64,000 bases of DNA from Sphaerodactylus townsendi (GCF_021028975.2 NC_059428.1:149234001-149298000), one strand, 5' to 3'. Shown: positions 22,023 to 35,006, numbered from the stretch's first letter. The notes: generated by a model from the letters alone, not told the origin. Program-made: numbers and translations.

Positions 22023-22326
22023 AAGAAGAAAAGGAGGAGGAGGAGGAAGAGGAGTAGTAGTTTGGATTTATATTCCCCCTTTCTGTCCTTTAAGGAGACT
22101 CAAAGGGCTTACAATCTCCTTTCCCTTCCCCCCCACAACAAACACCCTGTGAGGTAGGTGGGGCTGAGAGAGCTCCGAAGAACTGTGACTAGCCCCAGGT
22201 CACCCAGCTGGTGTGTGTTGGAGTGCAGAAGCTAATCTGGCTCACCGGATAAGCCTCCACAGCTCAAGTGGCAGAGCAGGGAATCAAACCCAGTTCCCCA
22301 GATTAGAGTGCACTACACCACACTGG
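22023..22326 (-). mobile_element. Squam3-type SINE
   Basis: Homologous to the 3814-4110 copy, with (CCT/CTT)n tail. Confidence 0.85.
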
Positions 22327-24491
22327 TATAGGCTTCTGCCCTTCCCCAGGAGAAGTGGGGCCCAGGAGAAAAAGAGGAAGGGTATTGAATAGTCCTTGTT
22401 CCACTCAAGCAGTTCTCCAGGGCCCGGTGGGCCGCTCCCGCTCCCGGCCCAGCGGCAGCCCAAGGGTGTCGTGAGGGAGTGCCGGGCGAGCAGTGACCGC
22501 GATGTCTCTATCAACCTGTTCTCCGCATTGTGTTTTTATCGGGGCCATCTGCTCTGCGGAGAGTGGCAGCTGCCGAGCCCCGCAAAGCACTTGGCTGTGT
22601 ACTTGCGTGTCGAACAACATATTGTCATAATTTCCCTGGTATTACGAGATTAAACAACGTTAACTAAGAGAAGGGAGGGGAGATTATTGCTGCGCTTGCA
22701 TTGGCAAGGAGTGCTTCTGCCGTTCCCTGAAAGTCACCGCTAACCCAACCGGCCTTTGCATTCAGCAACTCAGCAACGCGGCTGAATTGGCACCCTTGAG
22801 CGCTGCTGGCCGGCTGAGTCTCGGCCCTCTCCGTGGAGGGGCAGTCTTGCTCCATTGGGTCACTCCAGGCCCTTCAGTTCAGAGCTTCCAGACTGGCCAT
22901 CCGCCCAAGCCTGCCCATCAACTGGGCTGTGTCTCCTTGTGTGCTGCTGTTTGGCCGCAGCAATTGCTCTTCTTCCACCTGATGGGATCAATAACTGGAC
23001 AGCCACAGGACTCAGCGTTCCCAGGGGTTGGCTGTGGCATGTCCCCCCTCCCAAGTGGTAAATATCAAAAGAAGGAGTTCGTTCTGAGCTCAGGTTGTAG
23101 CTACAGCACCCGCTGCTCTTTAGATACTTTCCTAGGAGCAGCCCCCAGAAGAAGCAAGAAAGGGGATCAATTACGCCGCTCTGTGCCACGCTGGACATCC
23201 AGGGCAGCTTTTCACCGTTTCTTTTCAGGAGCATTTCAGAGCAACACCCCAGCCTGTCTGGGATTGCTCTCCCAGGCAGCATAATTGATCCTCACGCAGT
23301 GGAACGGCTGCGTGCTCGGGACATTTCCAAATGGCCAGGCAGCGATTTTAAAAGTTGAGCATTTGTTCCTTCGCGTATTGCCATTTCTCTCAAAAAACAA
23401 TTGAGGTGTTTTGCGAAATTTAAGGTCTGGAGCCCAAACCATACTATTAGGGTAAGTGAGTCTGAAAGGGAGCAGAAATCATACAGGAGAGTTATAGAGC
23501 AAATAAAAAAGGAAATAATTGAAATGGATTTAATTTAACATGTAGGCAGGAAGCTTATTCTTTTGATCTGCACACGAAGAAAATTGTCGATGACGGCAGG
23601 GGAGGTGGAAGGAGGTGGGGATTGTGGGGGGGGGGGTGTCCTGTGGGTCTGTAACATCTATGCAGCCAAGCAGAGGTGACTTTTGGCCACACACACGCAT
23701 ACACACACATACACACAGAGACAGACATAAAGCCCTGCAGCCTAACCAGCAGAACATGGTATTTATTTAACTGTTCCCTGTTTCTCCCACCATTGCTGGG
23801 AGATTGGGTGGGGGGGGGGGGAGAGCTAACAGTACTCCAGAACAATTTGTCACAGGAAGTGAGCAATTAATTGCAAGACACACCCTGCAGGGGAGTTTTT
23901 GATAAAGCAGAATGTAATTATCCAAGCTGGAATTTAGGCTCTTAGCTAATAGCCCTAAAGTGCCACAGGTTTTTTAATATCACTATAAAAATACTCACCT
24001 GTTCTTGGAACCATGACTTCCAACGCAAGGTATTTATCTCCCCTTGCCAACAGATCTACTCCAGGGATCCCTGGTGGTTTAGTTTTGATGACGTGGCTGC
24101 TGAATATAGCCGCGTCGCCAGGACGGAGACTCTTGTCCTTGGAGTGCATGTTGCTGGTGGTGTTTCAGGGCCAGGTGGTCTTCTGTTGGGTGGACCTTGG
24201 TCAGCCCACTCTGATCAGAACCTCAAGGAATCTTCTCCTATCCTTTGCCTCTCCTCTCTTGCCAAGGAGTGGGGAATGGTGTCTGACGCTCTCACACTTT
24301 TAAAACATTATTTACATATTCGTATCCTGCTTTTCTCTTGCAAAGCAGGACTCAAAGTTGCTCCCCAAAACCCACAGTTCCCTTGAAAGGGCCAAGTTCT
24401 GGAGGGGCCGTTCCCCCACCCTTGGAAATCCTTTGGTGCTCTTCTGCAGTGGACGCTACCCTTGGATGGCCAGCTAAAAAGGGGTCTAGGG

Positions 24492-24587
24492 CAGGGATCT
24501 GCAACCTACCATGGTGGGCATGGTAGCAGGGGCTGATGGGAATTGTAGTCCATGAACATCTGGAGAGCCGCAGGTTGCAGACGCCTG
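24492..24587. mobile_element. hAT MITE
   Basis: TIRs CAGGGATCTGCAACCT / AGGTTGCAGACGCCTG; perfect 8-bp TSD GTCTAGGG. Confidence 0.88.
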
Positions 24588-24738
24588 GTCTAGGGGCATT
24601 AGGAAATACCTGCCCCCTCCACAACATGTGGTCTGTTCTACCCACCTCTTTTCCATCGTGGATCACCCCCCCCCCCCACACACACACACAAAGACTGAGG
24701 TCTTCTACGAGGCTCACCTCTACCCCATGGTCCTATGC

Positions 24739-25033
24739 GAAGAAGAAGAATAATTTGGATTTATACCCCCCTTTCTCTCCTATAAGGATTCTCAAAGGGG
24801 CTTACAATCTCTTTTCCCTCCCCCCCCCCCAACAAACACCCTGTGAGGTGGGCGGGGCTGAGAGAGTTCCAAACAACTGTGACTAGTCCAAGGTCACCCC
24901 CTGGCATGGACTGGAGTGCCCAAGGTAATCTGGTTCACCAGATAAGCCTCCACAGCTCAAGTGGTAGAGTGGGGAATCAAACCCAGTTCTCCAGATTTGA
25001 GTGCACCTGCTCTTAACCACTGCACCACACTGG
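24739..25033 (-). mobile_element. Squam3-type SINE
   Basis: Homologous to the 3814-4110 copy. Confidence 0.85.
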
Positions 25034-25659
25034 CTAATGACTTTAGTTCTTGGGAGTGCAACTGAAGGGCACCTCTGGCAGCTGCAGGGCACCTCTTTGT
25101 TTTCAGTTCCTCCACCAAATTGCTCCCCCACCTTGTGTTAATGAACGCCAGACAGTGACTGGGGCGGGGTGGGGGAGTTCGCTCTGGAAGCGCCGGTTGT
25201 GTTTTAAATGCATTACCAGAGTCCGCCTGCAGCACAGAAATTAAGTTAGGCTTGGATTTTATTACCCCCTTTATTTAATTCATCTTAACTGTTGCTTTCA
25301 AGCTGTGAACCAGCTGTTGACTGTGCAAAAGGCATTGCTCATTTGAAAGGAGCATCTCAAAGCTCCCTGCCAGAGATGTAAGCAATCGCCCTGGTAATGG
25401 GGCGGGGCGGGGGCGGGATTCTGTCGCCTGTCGTGAAGCGCCCCACAGCCTGATCCAGGGACAAAGACATTACCTGGAAGGAGAACAGAGACCTCCCACG
25501 CCAGTCAGTCTCCACGGAGCTCAGGAAGAAGCCACTGGAGGGAGGGGGCACCCACACATGACAAGACATCCCCTGAGTCTACCCCAGCTTGGGCCAGGTC
25601 CTTGGGTCTGCAGGGACAGTTGGTGAGACTGGATACATTGACCATCTAGAGGTCCCAAG

Positions 25660-26167
25660 GATCATAGAATCCTAGAGTTGGAAGAGACCACAAGGGCCAT
25701 CCAGTCCAAACTCCCTGCAACGCATGTACAGATAATCAAAGCACTCCTGACAGACGGCCATACAGCCTCTCTTTAAAAACCTCCAAAGAAGGAGACTCCA
25801 CAACACTCCAAGATCATCCCACTCTCAAACAGTCCTGACAGTCAGGAAGTTCTTCCTAATGTTTAGGTGGACTCTCTTTTCCTTCACCTTCTGGAATCTT
25901 TTCCTTCTGGTCTCTGGAGCAGCAGAAAACAAGCTTGCTCCCTCACCAACATGACATCCCTTCAAATGTCTAACCAGGGCTATCACATCACCTCTTCACC
26001 TTCTCTTCACCAAACGAAATGTATCCAGCTCCCTAAGCCTCTCTTCATAGGGCATGGACTCCAGACCTTTGACCATTTTGGTCGCCCTCCTCTGGACTCG
26101 TTCCAGCTTGTCAGTGTCCTTCTTGAATTGCGGTGCCCAGAACTGTACACAGTGTTCCAAGTGAGGA
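25660..26167 (-). mobile_element. CR1 LINE 3' fragment
   Basis: [35 protein letters not shown]; CR1 tail. Confidence 0.9.
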
Positions 26168-26756
26168 TGCCCTTGCCAAAGTAGAAGGCGCCTCAAACTC
26201 TTCTGGAGAGCAGAAGGGGTCTGTTGCCCCAGTGAGTAGAGCAGCCCCCTCCCTCCCCACGGCCTGGCTCTGGGTACCCTCTGCAGTGGGCGTGTGTACA
26301 AATGAGCACCCTGCCGAATCTGCCGGGGGGGGGCTCCCCCATCTCTGCCCAGATCATCTCTGCATTTTGCTCTCTCCAGCATAATGGGCTCCACTTGGAG
26401 AGCCGGGGCTCCTTTGACAGGCCGTGCGGTTTGTTCTCGCCCACGAAGAAGCACGGCCTGCTGACAACTGTGTGCAAACTTGTCAAAGCCGTCAGCCAGG
26501 GCTTCTCATCTTCCAAGTCCTGATGCCGAACACAACTTGAAACCAGCAGACAGATCGTGGCAGCGAGGAGTGCGGGTTCGCCTGTCTCTTGCAGAACCCA
26601 TGCGGCCTCCTGCAGCTGGGGGGGGGGGGCGGGCTTGCAGAATTTTAGCTGCGACTCTCCTTTTGGGGTCCTCTCCTCTCCCCAAGACTGAACTCTGTCT
26701 TCAGGGGAAACCTGCTTCCCCAGTAGCAACAGAACCGGACTGCACTGCCATGATGG

Positions 26757-26899
26757 GCCAGGCTTCTCCAGATGTTCACGAACTACAATTCTCCAGATGT
26801 TCATGAACTACGATTCCCATCAGCCCCTGCCAGCATGACAGGGGCTGATGGGAATTGTAGTTCATGAACATCTGGAGAGCTGCAGGTTGCAGAGCCCTG
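26757..26899. mobile_element. Palindromic hAT MITE
   Basis: Fold-back CTCCAGATGTTCATGAACTAC..GTAGTTCATGAACATCTGGAG with an internal ~25-bp tandem duplication. Confidence 0.78.
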
Positions 26900-27739
26900 G
26901 GCTAGGCTTTGGGTCAAGCACAAATCTACGTGTTGATTTCATTTATATGCCACCTTTCTGGACATGGTGCCCTGGGGTCCGGTGGATGGGGCTGCAGTCC
27001 CCCAACCCCAGAGCAGCCTCCAGGCCAGCCACCCTGGGGTCCTGGTTAGCATACTGGGGGAACTGGGGGAGCAGGTCCACCCCTGCTCTCTCCAGCCCAG
27101 TCCTTCTTACTTGGCCTAGCCCATTGTGCAGGGTTGTTGTGAAAAGAAAGGCGGGTGAGAGAAGCCGCCCAAAGCTTTCCAGAGGGAGTCAGGAAGGGCA
27201 GGCAGACCATCACAGAATGTGGAGGGTGTGAGGTGAGCGGCCTGCCTCCGTTAGCCCCAGACTGACAAAGAGGAGCCCTGCTTTGTACATGAGGCGGGCG
27301 CATGGGTCCCCGTGCTCATAATGCTGGCATGCGTCAAAGCCTGGGAGATCGTTCGCCCCAGCCCATGAATCTCAATGCCAGGCAGTTATCCCGGCTCCGC
27401 AGAACGTGGAACATCAAAGTCTGAGGAAACCCAGATCTCCTATGAAAAATGGATCAGGCTGGCGTTGCACTCAGAGCACAGCGGAGCGGCTTCGCCAGGC
27501 GCTGAGCACATGTCGGGCCCTTCCAGTGTGAGGAGGGGGCTCTCGGGTGGGGTGAATAAGTGGACTTTGAAGCTCCCAGGGAGCCACGTTCCTCAGCACG
27601 GAGACAAGGAGAGCACGTGTGAAATTCTGCGAGATATTCACCGCGAGGCTGAACAAAGCTTGGACTGTTGGCACTCTCCTGGCAGAGGGGAAGGAAAAGG
27701 GGCGAAGGTGGCACAAAACAGGCCTTGGCATTGGGAGAC

Positions 27740-28231
27740 TGTAGTCAACCCCGCAGGGTCGTCGCTAAGGAATAGGCGAGACGCGGAGGAGGTTTCATCT
27801 GGCGGAGAGCGTCAGCAACAGGAAGCGCGGGTTTTCATGATCCTGACAACTCTCCCTGTGCTGGTCTCTCGCACCTTTTATTAGGGTTTCATTGTGGGCA
27901 TGTAAAGGAGGTGGGTAGGGAGATGAGCGGGAGACCGGGAGACCTGGAGATCATCATGTGATGCATGATCTCTCCCTTACAACCCTGTGCTACGCAAGTC
28001 TTGGAGGAGAGGAGCGTAAGCGTCTGGGAGCCTAATCCCCTCACCTGAGGGGGGGCAAGAACCATTGTCCCTCGCAGCCCGGTGACTGAGCCAGAGCAGT
28101 TCATGACCAAGTGACTCATAGGGGGAGCCGAGGGAGTGGGGGGTGCTTGAAAAGCGACCAGAAATGCCGTAGGTCCATTGGCCTCCCAACGTTCTACCAC
28201 GGTGCTGCTCGGTCAGCAGTGCATCACTACA
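27740..28231 (-). repeat. ERV 3' LTR
   Basis: TG...CA ends, AATAAA on the minus strand, adjacent PPT. Confidence 0.9.
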
Positions 28232-28299
28232 TCTTCTCCTTTTTTACATTTTAGTAAAAGGGGACGATCGGGAAATGCTAAGGGGCGCATTTAAAGGGA

Positions 28300-30800
28300 C
28301 CGGCTTGTCTCCCTCCTCGGGCCATCTAGTCCAAGCTGACCAGACGCTGCTTGTGTAACATTAGAACACTTACAGCGGGGTAAAAGGAAATTCGAGGGGC
28401 TTCTTTGCACACGATTACAGGCAATATTAGACACATACTGAACGTAAAGCAAGATCCGGATCTTAACGAGGCACACACAATTAAACCAATGCAGAGCTGT
28501 TACAATAACACTCTAACCATCACTCCCGGCAGCCAATAGCTCCTAGAGAGGCTGGACCACCAATGGGAGCAAAACATCATACTCTTCAGATTATTAGATA
28601 CAACTTCTTGCAGCTCAATGTGACTTTCATATGAGATCAATTTGGGAATTATCAGAAGATTAAAACAACACATATTATTATGTACATTCTCACAACCTTG
28701 GTGATGTAATAACAATAGAAGTATTAATCAATAGCTGACATCGATTTCTTATAGAAGGTCGCTTTGACCAGAAAGTTCCTGCCTGCTCCTCGGAGGCCAG
28801 AGCGTCCAGAGCAAATGGAGGTAGAAGTGATGGGCTTAGCATGAGTGCACAGGCCAGCCGCCATTAGTCTTGGATGCTACAGGAAACAAGGTCCGGGAGG
28901 GCTCTCCCCACCAAAGGGGGAAGTTCTGCGAGGGGGGACAGGCTCCGCCTTTGGAGAGAGGCTGCACAGCGCCGCTTTCGGGACAAGGAGGGGATCGAAA
29001 GGCAGGAGCGGGAACTGGGCCAGGCGGCCGGACAGTCCGGCTCCTGAAGGGTGGAGCCTGGGGTAGCAGGAGAGTCCCGGCAGATGAGACAGGCGAAGGA
29101 AATGCAGCAATAACAAATGGGGCCAACATAACTTCAAAAACTAGGGCATGCAAATAAATTTAAAAACAGCAAAGAGCATGGCTAAAACGTATACATAGGC
29201 TGGGATGATGTATGAAGGAGAGGAAAAAAAGCAACCCGATGGTTGCATAATTGTTCAATGCATGGCTCTTGCTGTTGTTTGACTACCAAAGCTACAGAGC
29301 TGATAGCGTTACGCGAGTCCATGGATTTCTCTCAAGATGAGGGAGAGGCTACTGATAGTCTTTAGCATTGGGTAGGTTCGAAGTGATTCTCCACGAGCAA
29401 GGTTGTATGAGAGAAGGCGTGTTCCAACAATTATTCAAAGCCGGGCTGAAAACAATGGAGGAGGAAGTTCCAAGGGTTAATCTATCAGGGAATGTTCCCT
29501 GGCTGCAATTCCAAGTTTCCAGCCAGGGAGCTGCAGAGAGGGGAGAGAGATGAGTGGCTGTAGATGAGTATGAGACATGGCGACACAGCGTGGCCAACCC
29601 TTTTGGAAGGCCATAGCTGGCCCACGAATGGCAGCCTGGAGTTGCGATCTCGTGCGTGGAAGAATGGGTGTGGCCTGGTTTCCAGAGAGGTCCCTCCCAT
29701 CTTGGCCTCCAGGCTGGAGGCGACTGGCTCTCCTCTCAACAGAGCGGCTAAGGGCCTGATCCTCCAGGGAGGGGCCCACGCCTCCATCTCCTCGGATGGG
29801 GCTGGCCTGGCATGGCTATGCTGGACTCCTGTATATAGAAGAGAAAAACAGCTTAATGGCAGCTTTTCCCCAGGGGTTTTCATGCTGGCTGAGTTAATTC
29901 GTTCTTACTAGATGACAATGGAAGCCAGCCCGAGCCTTCTGGAGTGGGGGGGGCGGGTAATTTTTGATATGAGAATAGAGAAGAGTACTTTGGATATGGT
30001 CTGCTGGATGAGACCTTGGGATTGGAGTCAATAGAGAGGGGGGGAACTACTCCCCTTTTTTACGGCTTTGTTTTGGCCAAGCTTTACGTTGGCGCGAAGT
30101 TGGCTCCATTCCTACTACAACGCATCACTTTGCAACATATCTAAGGCTTAAGAGATACAAGGTAGGGAATTGCCGAAGGCTTAGGAGAAGGGAGGAGGCT
30201 ATATCCAGGGTCGGATGTTTGTTTTGTAAGAAACAATCCCACCACCGCCTAAAAGGTACTTTGCAAAGCAACTTGAACAATTCCACAATTACCTATAGTC
30301 ATATCGTAATATAGCTGCCTATAGGGAAAGATATAGAGAAGATGTAAAGAAAACAGTTCCTGGGCTTGAGGTCTGATCACAGGAGCAAATTGAGAGAGGG
30401 TTTGCAAAAGCCCCTTATCAGATCCTAGATCTAGAGGTGGGGTGTCACGTCAGCCACCATTAGAAAGAGTGGGAGGTGTGCAGAAAGGCAGGGGGGGGGG
30501 GAAGGTTTGTGTCAGCTCTACCTTCCCTTCCCTCCACGTAAGGGACTTTGGTCAGTTTGAGCTCAGCTCTCTACCTTCACAAAGAAGCGGAGGCCTGTGT
30601 AAGATAGGGTGTGGCTGAGAGACCCCCCTGGCACTGTGACCAGTCAGGGAGCCCCCAGCGAAGGGAAGTAATGGGAGCATATGAAACGATTTTGGCTTCA
30701 TATGTAAACTGCTGCACCAATGTGTGGCAAGGTAGGCTCCAGAATGGACTTAAGGAAAAGGTTCTCAAGGAGGAGGTTTGAAGAAAAGTTTTGAAGTTAG
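28300..30800 (-). pseudogene. env: Retroviral env, frameshifted; alpharetrovirus-like TM subunit
   Basis: Furin site RKRR at 28969-28980, RLACAL, NR..AID..LLLLHHQGCENVHNNMCCFNL, then a WW-containing membrane-proximal region and a hydrophobic anchor; 5' boundary approximate. Confidence 0.8.
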
Positions 30801-31599
30801 TTTAAACTAAGATGGAGGCGGCTTGAAGCAGGTCCCATCGGTATCCTGAGGAGCACGCACAGGCCAGGGTCCCATTTAAAGGCGGATGCTGTAATGAGGC
30901 TTAAGCCTTCAAGAGCATTAGCACACATAATCAGAAGGGAGAAAACTTTTAATTGAAGCACAGCAGAAGCATATATGGCTTAGAAGCAATGGTGGAAAAT
31001 CCCCCTATGAGGGGAAACTTTAGGGTCTCTTTGAAAGGGGCAAGACATACAGAACATACATAGGCATACAGAGCACATATAAAGTAATGCTTGAGGGAGG
31101 ATTGTAACTCTGATTTGAGATTTTGCTCTCTGGAGGTGCCGGACGCATCTTCCCTGCTGCCACTGGGAGCTTTGAGCTTAGGGCTTGCACAGGCTCAGAG
31201 GCTATGAGATCTGGTTTGGAACCTTACAGCTGGAGAGGGCCAAGGGGAGGCTTCTTCACGAAGGACTTTGGCTTAAGGCCATTGTGCTGAGCATCTTCCC
31301 CTTTCCATGCCTCTATTGTCCTGTGGTAGATTTGGCTATAGGGCATTCTGAGGAGGGGTCTAAATCGGTAGTCCTCTTCCGTCAGCATTCCTTTCTGCTT
31401 GCTGCAGTTCAAGACTGTGGACTCTGCAGAAGGTTTTTTGAAATGCATTCTGCTATTCTGGGGGCACCATGAGGTGCATGGTGCGGACTTGGGCGAAGGG
31501 GCTAGTAGAGCAGGAAGGATAGGCGTAGGGAATGAGCGGCAACGATTTAGAATAAAGCTGAACTTAGATTAGACTCAGAGCTGAGAGCATAGGAGGCAG

Positions 31600-31800
31600 G
31601 GTGTTCCGATTGAACTTGGCAGTTTCTGTGGTGATGTTTGTCCATACTTTGGATGTGGGATGGCTCCTCATGGCTGTGGGGCTCGATGACCCTGGGATGA
31701 TGAAGACAACCCCGTTCCAGCTGGGCGGAAGCTTTTTGGCAAGTACCAGCCCTAATGAGTTCCTCAAGTGGGGATGGGATCACTCATACAATGAGGCCTC
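31600..31800 (-). pseudogene. Degenerate retroviral dUTPase (pro N-terminus)
   Basis: SLGLVLAK..GVVFIIPG(VI) resembles betaretroviral GLILGRSS..GL.V.PGVID. Confidence 0.5.
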
Positions 31801-31949
31801 TGGAGCAGCCGAGAAGAATCTCATGGGGAGCCCGGGGAAGGGTTTGAGGTGCGGATCCTTGGTTCCGGTTGAGATGCCCGAGTAGCTGGGCCTCCCCAGC
31901 TGGGCATTGGGAGCCTTCCCGGCCTAGAGCCTCTCCTGGGGGGTCTTGC

Positions 31950-33501
31950 ATCAGGGAGAGACCCTCCTCCTGGCAATCAAAGGGTTGTAGGTCTCCGCTG
32001 GAGACAGCCTAAGCAATTCCTCCTCCGAGTCCCCGCCTGCCTAAATTGAAACTACTCGCCTGCAGGGGCTGCCTCACTTTGGCAGCGGAGAGGGCGGGCG
32101 ACTAGAAGAGCTGGGCTTGATGAGGCTGCAAAGACCCGAGACGCAGCAAGCTTGCTGAGCATGTCGGGCCCAGCTCGGGTTCCTTCCTAGGCTCTGCGGT
32201 GGATCGCCATGGCAGCACTCCCAAGCTGGAGAAGCGTGCTCCTTGGCAAAGGCGCTGGCGAGTTCGCCTCTGGGCCTCCCCGTTGTCAACCTGCCTCTCC
32301 TTGAGGGCCTCCTGAGCCCTGTCTACAAACTCAGCATAGTCAGGAGGCTTCTGAGCTGCCAGGACGCTAGAGAAAACTTTGGGTTTGGCTGCCTTCGGGC
32401 ATTGGGGACTTTTCAAAACGCCTTGTGTAGGCTTATTCAAGAGAAGCTACCGTAAAGGTGTACACCGGCAGGACGCGATCTGATGTTAGGGGTTACTGGA
32501 AGGCACTTCAAAGCCGTATAAGTTGGAGCGGTTGTGAAGCGTCGCCGAGGGCGCCCGAGGCTGCCCTGCTAAAAAGGCATTGCCGCTAACCGGGCCTCCC
32601 AGATCACAAATTATTGCCCAGGGCTCAGGAGCATGGGGAGCGCTCGCGGAAGGTGGTCTTCACAGGCGTCACCGAACCATTATGATTCCCTCCAAGGCCT
32701 TCCCTCTAGCATGCCTCTCTACAGGGGCTGGTGAGGCTTCCATCAGTCCAGACCGCTTTGGCAGGAGACTCAGTGAGGATAAAAGTTATAGCTTAAAGGG
32801 CTGGTAATTCCGGCCAAATCAGCTGAATGACGCCTTCCCTCCCCCTCAGTAATCTGTGAAGTGGACGGGGCACAATGCAAGAATCTATACGGCATCGCCT
32901 TCCGTCCAGGAACCTGCTCTTCTCTGCAGATCGCGGGCTATCACGCTCTCACGGCGAGTTTTGAAACCCGCCACGTATTGACGGAGGAATACAGTGGCTT
33001 CTCGAGGAGAAAATGAAGGTTAGCGGAGCAGGAGAGAAATGCGGCTGAAGAGCCGCTGGAGAGTTTGAATTGGGTGGAAGGAGCCTTGAGGGGGGGTAGA
33101 AGGAGGACAGGCCCAATTTAGTGGATAGAGAAAATCTCGGGCTGGAAGAATTGAAGGTGGTGACCGAAGGTCAGGGCGAAGCCTACAGCAGCGGTTTCAT
33201 AGGTCTGCAGGCTGGGATGGCTTACAGAAACATTGTCTCCACGTGTACCAGTAGCACACATCGGGCGCTGCCGGTGGCCCCAGCGCAAGAGTGCCTGAAG
33301 GAAGCGTGTTTTCCAGATCCTTAAGATTCACCGTATTACCCCCCCCAGGTACTGGGCACTATGGACACTTCGAGCTCAATCTCCTCAACCAATTTTCATG
33401 AGACTCCTTTAATAACGCTCTGGGCGATTTCAAGCATTAACGCCTTTAGTTGAGCTCATTAACGTGTTTGTCATAAAAGCCCTGCTTTGCCAAGCTCCCA
33501 T
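31950..33501 (-). pseudogene. gag: Retroviral gag, frameshifted
   Basis: GTGAGT donor immediately before ATG GGA (Met-Gly) at 33501; MHR-like KVFSSV..Q...YAEFVDR.QEAL.RQV; degenerate zinc knuckle near 32050. Confidence 0.75.
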
Positions 33502-33721
33502 ACTCACCAGTGTCAAATCCGGGTGTGAGTCATCCCTAGGCCGGACGAGTGTCTCGGACGCTATGGTCTGGATGCCGATCCAGAGGACTAGGCGACAGAA
33601 TCAAACGGTGGTCCCCTCTGGATGCTCGGATCCAGCGGGACTTCGTATCGCTGCCCTCCCCAGGCTTAATGGAGGCAGGAGTGGAGGATTCGAGGATCTC
33701 CCGGTTTGAAGCGCACCAGCT

Positions 33722-34217
33722 TGAAGTCAACTCCCCGTGAGGGTCGCTGCTAAGGAATAGAGGCTGGTGACGCCGAGGAGGTTTATCCATCTGGCTGGAG
33801 GAAGCGTCCTTAGCAACAGGAGCGGGTTTCGCTGATCCTACAACTCTCCCCCAGCTGTAGTCTGCTAATCTTTTATTAGGGCTCTCATTGTGGAAGCTGT
33901 ATGCAGCGAGGCAGGAGATGAGGCCTGGAGACTTGGGAGACCTGGAGATCATCATGTGATGTATGATCTCACCTGGCCCTACGCATGGAGAGGAGCTGCA
34001 AGCTGCCTGAGCCCCTCAATCCTCTCACCTATAGGGGCAATGAACCATTTGTCCCTGGCGCCTCGTGACTGGAGAGCTTGGAGCCCAAGACAGGGTTTCA
34101 TGACCCAGGACTCATAGGGGATGAGGAGGGGGTGCGGTGCGACCAGCAAGAGCCGTGAGTCCATTGGCGTCCCAACGTTCTACCACGGTGCTGCTGGGTC
34201 AGCAGTGCATCACTACA
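33722..34217 (-). repeat. ERV 5' LTR
   Basis: Direct repeat of 27740-28231, followed on the minus strand by a PBS-like TGGTGCG..CCGGGA. Confidence 0.88.
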
Positions 34218-34953
34218 GGAGACGACAGGAAAGTAGCCCTCGAATCAAGGCAGCCATGGCACAGGTGCAGCCCTGCTTTCAACTGCGCTGTACTCAAGGC
34301 TCAGTTTGCCAGGGAACATTCATGTGCCTCGATCACACGTTCTCCTTGTGTGCAATCCAGGGAGTGTGAGCCAGGTCAGTTTCCTTGGCAATTGTGTTCA
34401 TGTCCAGGTTGTCAACATACCGAATTCTGCACAAATCTGTCAGGCCCCAAGTCCCTGCTAAATTATTTGGCTGCAGAGTGCTGCTCCAGAACCCTTTAGG
34501 CTACCCCCCCCCCCCAGCAAGTCAGTGGCCTGTCCCTCTCAGTGCGCTGGAGCCCTGATGGTTCCCAAATCCAAAACTGACTGCCAGGAGACTCTGGAGC
34601 AACTAAAGGAGGGTCTCTGAGACAAGGAGGCTGCACCCAGGGCTCGGGCAGCGAAGCCCAAAGTTTGCCCGGAGATGTTGGACATGTGCCTTCTGTTTTG
34701 TCAAGAGAGATCCCTCTTCACAGAGGAGAGGTGAGAAAAGAATGTCAGATTTGGTAGTGGGACCCAGTCCTGAGAAATGCATTAGGGGGAGGCAAATATT
34801 GCTTCAATGGCATTAATAGTGGATCTGTTGCCACTATTAGTGGATCTGTTGCAAATGATCCAAAGACAGAATCAGAATCAGCGATCCCACTGAACGACGC
34901 ATAAGGCTGCTTTGCAAAGCCCTGTTTCTTCTGACTCCTCCAGCAACATAACC

Positions 34954-34955
<2 letters not shown>

Positions 34956-35003
<48 letters not shown>
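34956..35003. repeat. (GA)n microsatellite
   Basis: Seen directly. Confidence 0.95.

Positions 35004-35006
<3 letters not shown>

Larger units (their letters stand above)
27740..34217 (-). mobile_element. Endogenous retrovirus, class II (betaretrovirus-like): LTR-gag-dUTPase remnant-(pol deleted)-env-LTR
   Basis: Two ~490-bp direct-repeat LTRs, outer termini TGTAGT...ACTACA, 6-bp TSD GGAGAC, PPT AAAAAAGGAGAAGA at 28232-28245, TGG-starting PBS-like site at about 33700-33718, gag MHR-like and env TM peptides. Confidence 0.9.

Noticed and set aside
33700-33718. Assigning a specific tRNA to the ERV PBS
   Set aside because: TGGTGCGCTTCAAACCGGGA only partly resembles Gly or Phe tRNA 3' ends and is too degenerate to call.
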